A DNA stretch of 27,255 nucleotides from NCBI GenBank assembly GCA_048938105.1, contig JBHLMN010000031.1:1-27255 (forward strand), written 5' to 3'. The DNA comes from Promethearchaeota archaeon. GTDB taxonomy: Archaea; Asgardarchaeota; Heimdallarchaeia; Hodarchaeales; Hodarchaeaceae. Position 1 is the first letter of the stretch. Every line of letters starts with the position of its first letter. Of the stretch, positions 26,849-27,255 are shown in pieces. The position numbers were made by a program, and so were the translations under genes. The notes under the pieces are model-generated. The model saw nothing but the letters and a program-made list of their open reading frames with translations, did not search any database and was not told where the DNA came from.

Positions 26849-27255
26849 ATGTCCAGATTTTTGTTTTTTCAAGCTCATCCAGATGATTTAGAGCTAAATT
26901 GTGCTCACTTATTACATTATCTTGCACTGAAAAGCCCGATTACTCATGAAATAAGAATTACCTCTCTTACGAAAGGTGAGTTTGGATTGCCTGGTATTGA
27001 ATATGATATGTATAAGGGGGACTATTTGGCGTCAATTCGAGTTAAGGAGTTATACAATGCAGCTGCAATTCATGGTATCCCCCCTCAAAATATAGATTGG
27101 CTTGGTTATACTGATGGATTTGTTGATTTTAATGGAAAATTAATAGAAGATATTACTCTATATTTGGATGAACATAAACCCGATGTGATTATAGCTCCTG
27201 AAGCCCTTTATACGTGGTATTATCACAAAGATCATGTGAATACAGGTCGGGCGAT
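26849..27255 (+). CDS. PIG-L/LmbE family deacetylase (partial, runs off the window)
   Basis: Manual translation: MSRFLFFQAHPDDLE...LTKGE...R...E...HKDH; absent from the ORF track because it has no stop in the window. Confidence 0.92.
   Translation, partial: MSRFLFFQAHPDDLELNCAHLLHYLALKSPITHEIRITSLTKGEFGLPGIEYDMYKGDYLASIRVKELYNAAAIHGIPPQNIDWLGYTDGFVDFNGKLIEDITLYLDEHKPDVIIAPEALYTWYYHKDHVNTGRA

Noticed and set aside
1-27255. Integrase, transposase, reverse transcriptase, tRNA or rRNA gene
   Set aside because: None recognisable in the window.

Overview
AT-rich prokaryotic window, most likely archaeal. RING and zinc-finger, WD40 and SCP2 genes plus T-run terminators suggest Asgard/Heimdallarchaeia, which is an inference only. 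The two ends look stable. On the left is a PadR-FprA-M24 peptidase operon. On the right are two convergent catabolic operons (Gfo/Idh/MocA, DapA-like, PfkB, BKACE, SDR >< SDR, M24, SCP2, DMT) and a partial PIG-L gene. Between them (about 2.9-18.6 kb) is a mosaic of unrelated 1-3 gene modules and gene debris. The main unexplained structure is a dispersed ~30-bp non-coding repeat, approximately AACKYCGYMWAW-GGCTGGATT-ARCAYCAAT. It occurs at 2950, 11291, 13240, 14011, 14681 and 18545 on the + strand and at 7368-7402 on the - strand, with degenerate copies at 17051 (+) and 8392 (-). It usually lies 20-120 bp after a stop codon and co-oriented with that gene, so it cuts the region into 0.7-2.4 kb modules. 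Left and right arms reassort around an invariant core, and one copy is fused directly to a GC-rich, 5'-truncated foreign gene fragment. My best interpretation is an integron-like or dif-module-like gene-cassette array using a short non-attC recombination site. No recombinase is encoded in the window, so this remains a hypothesis.
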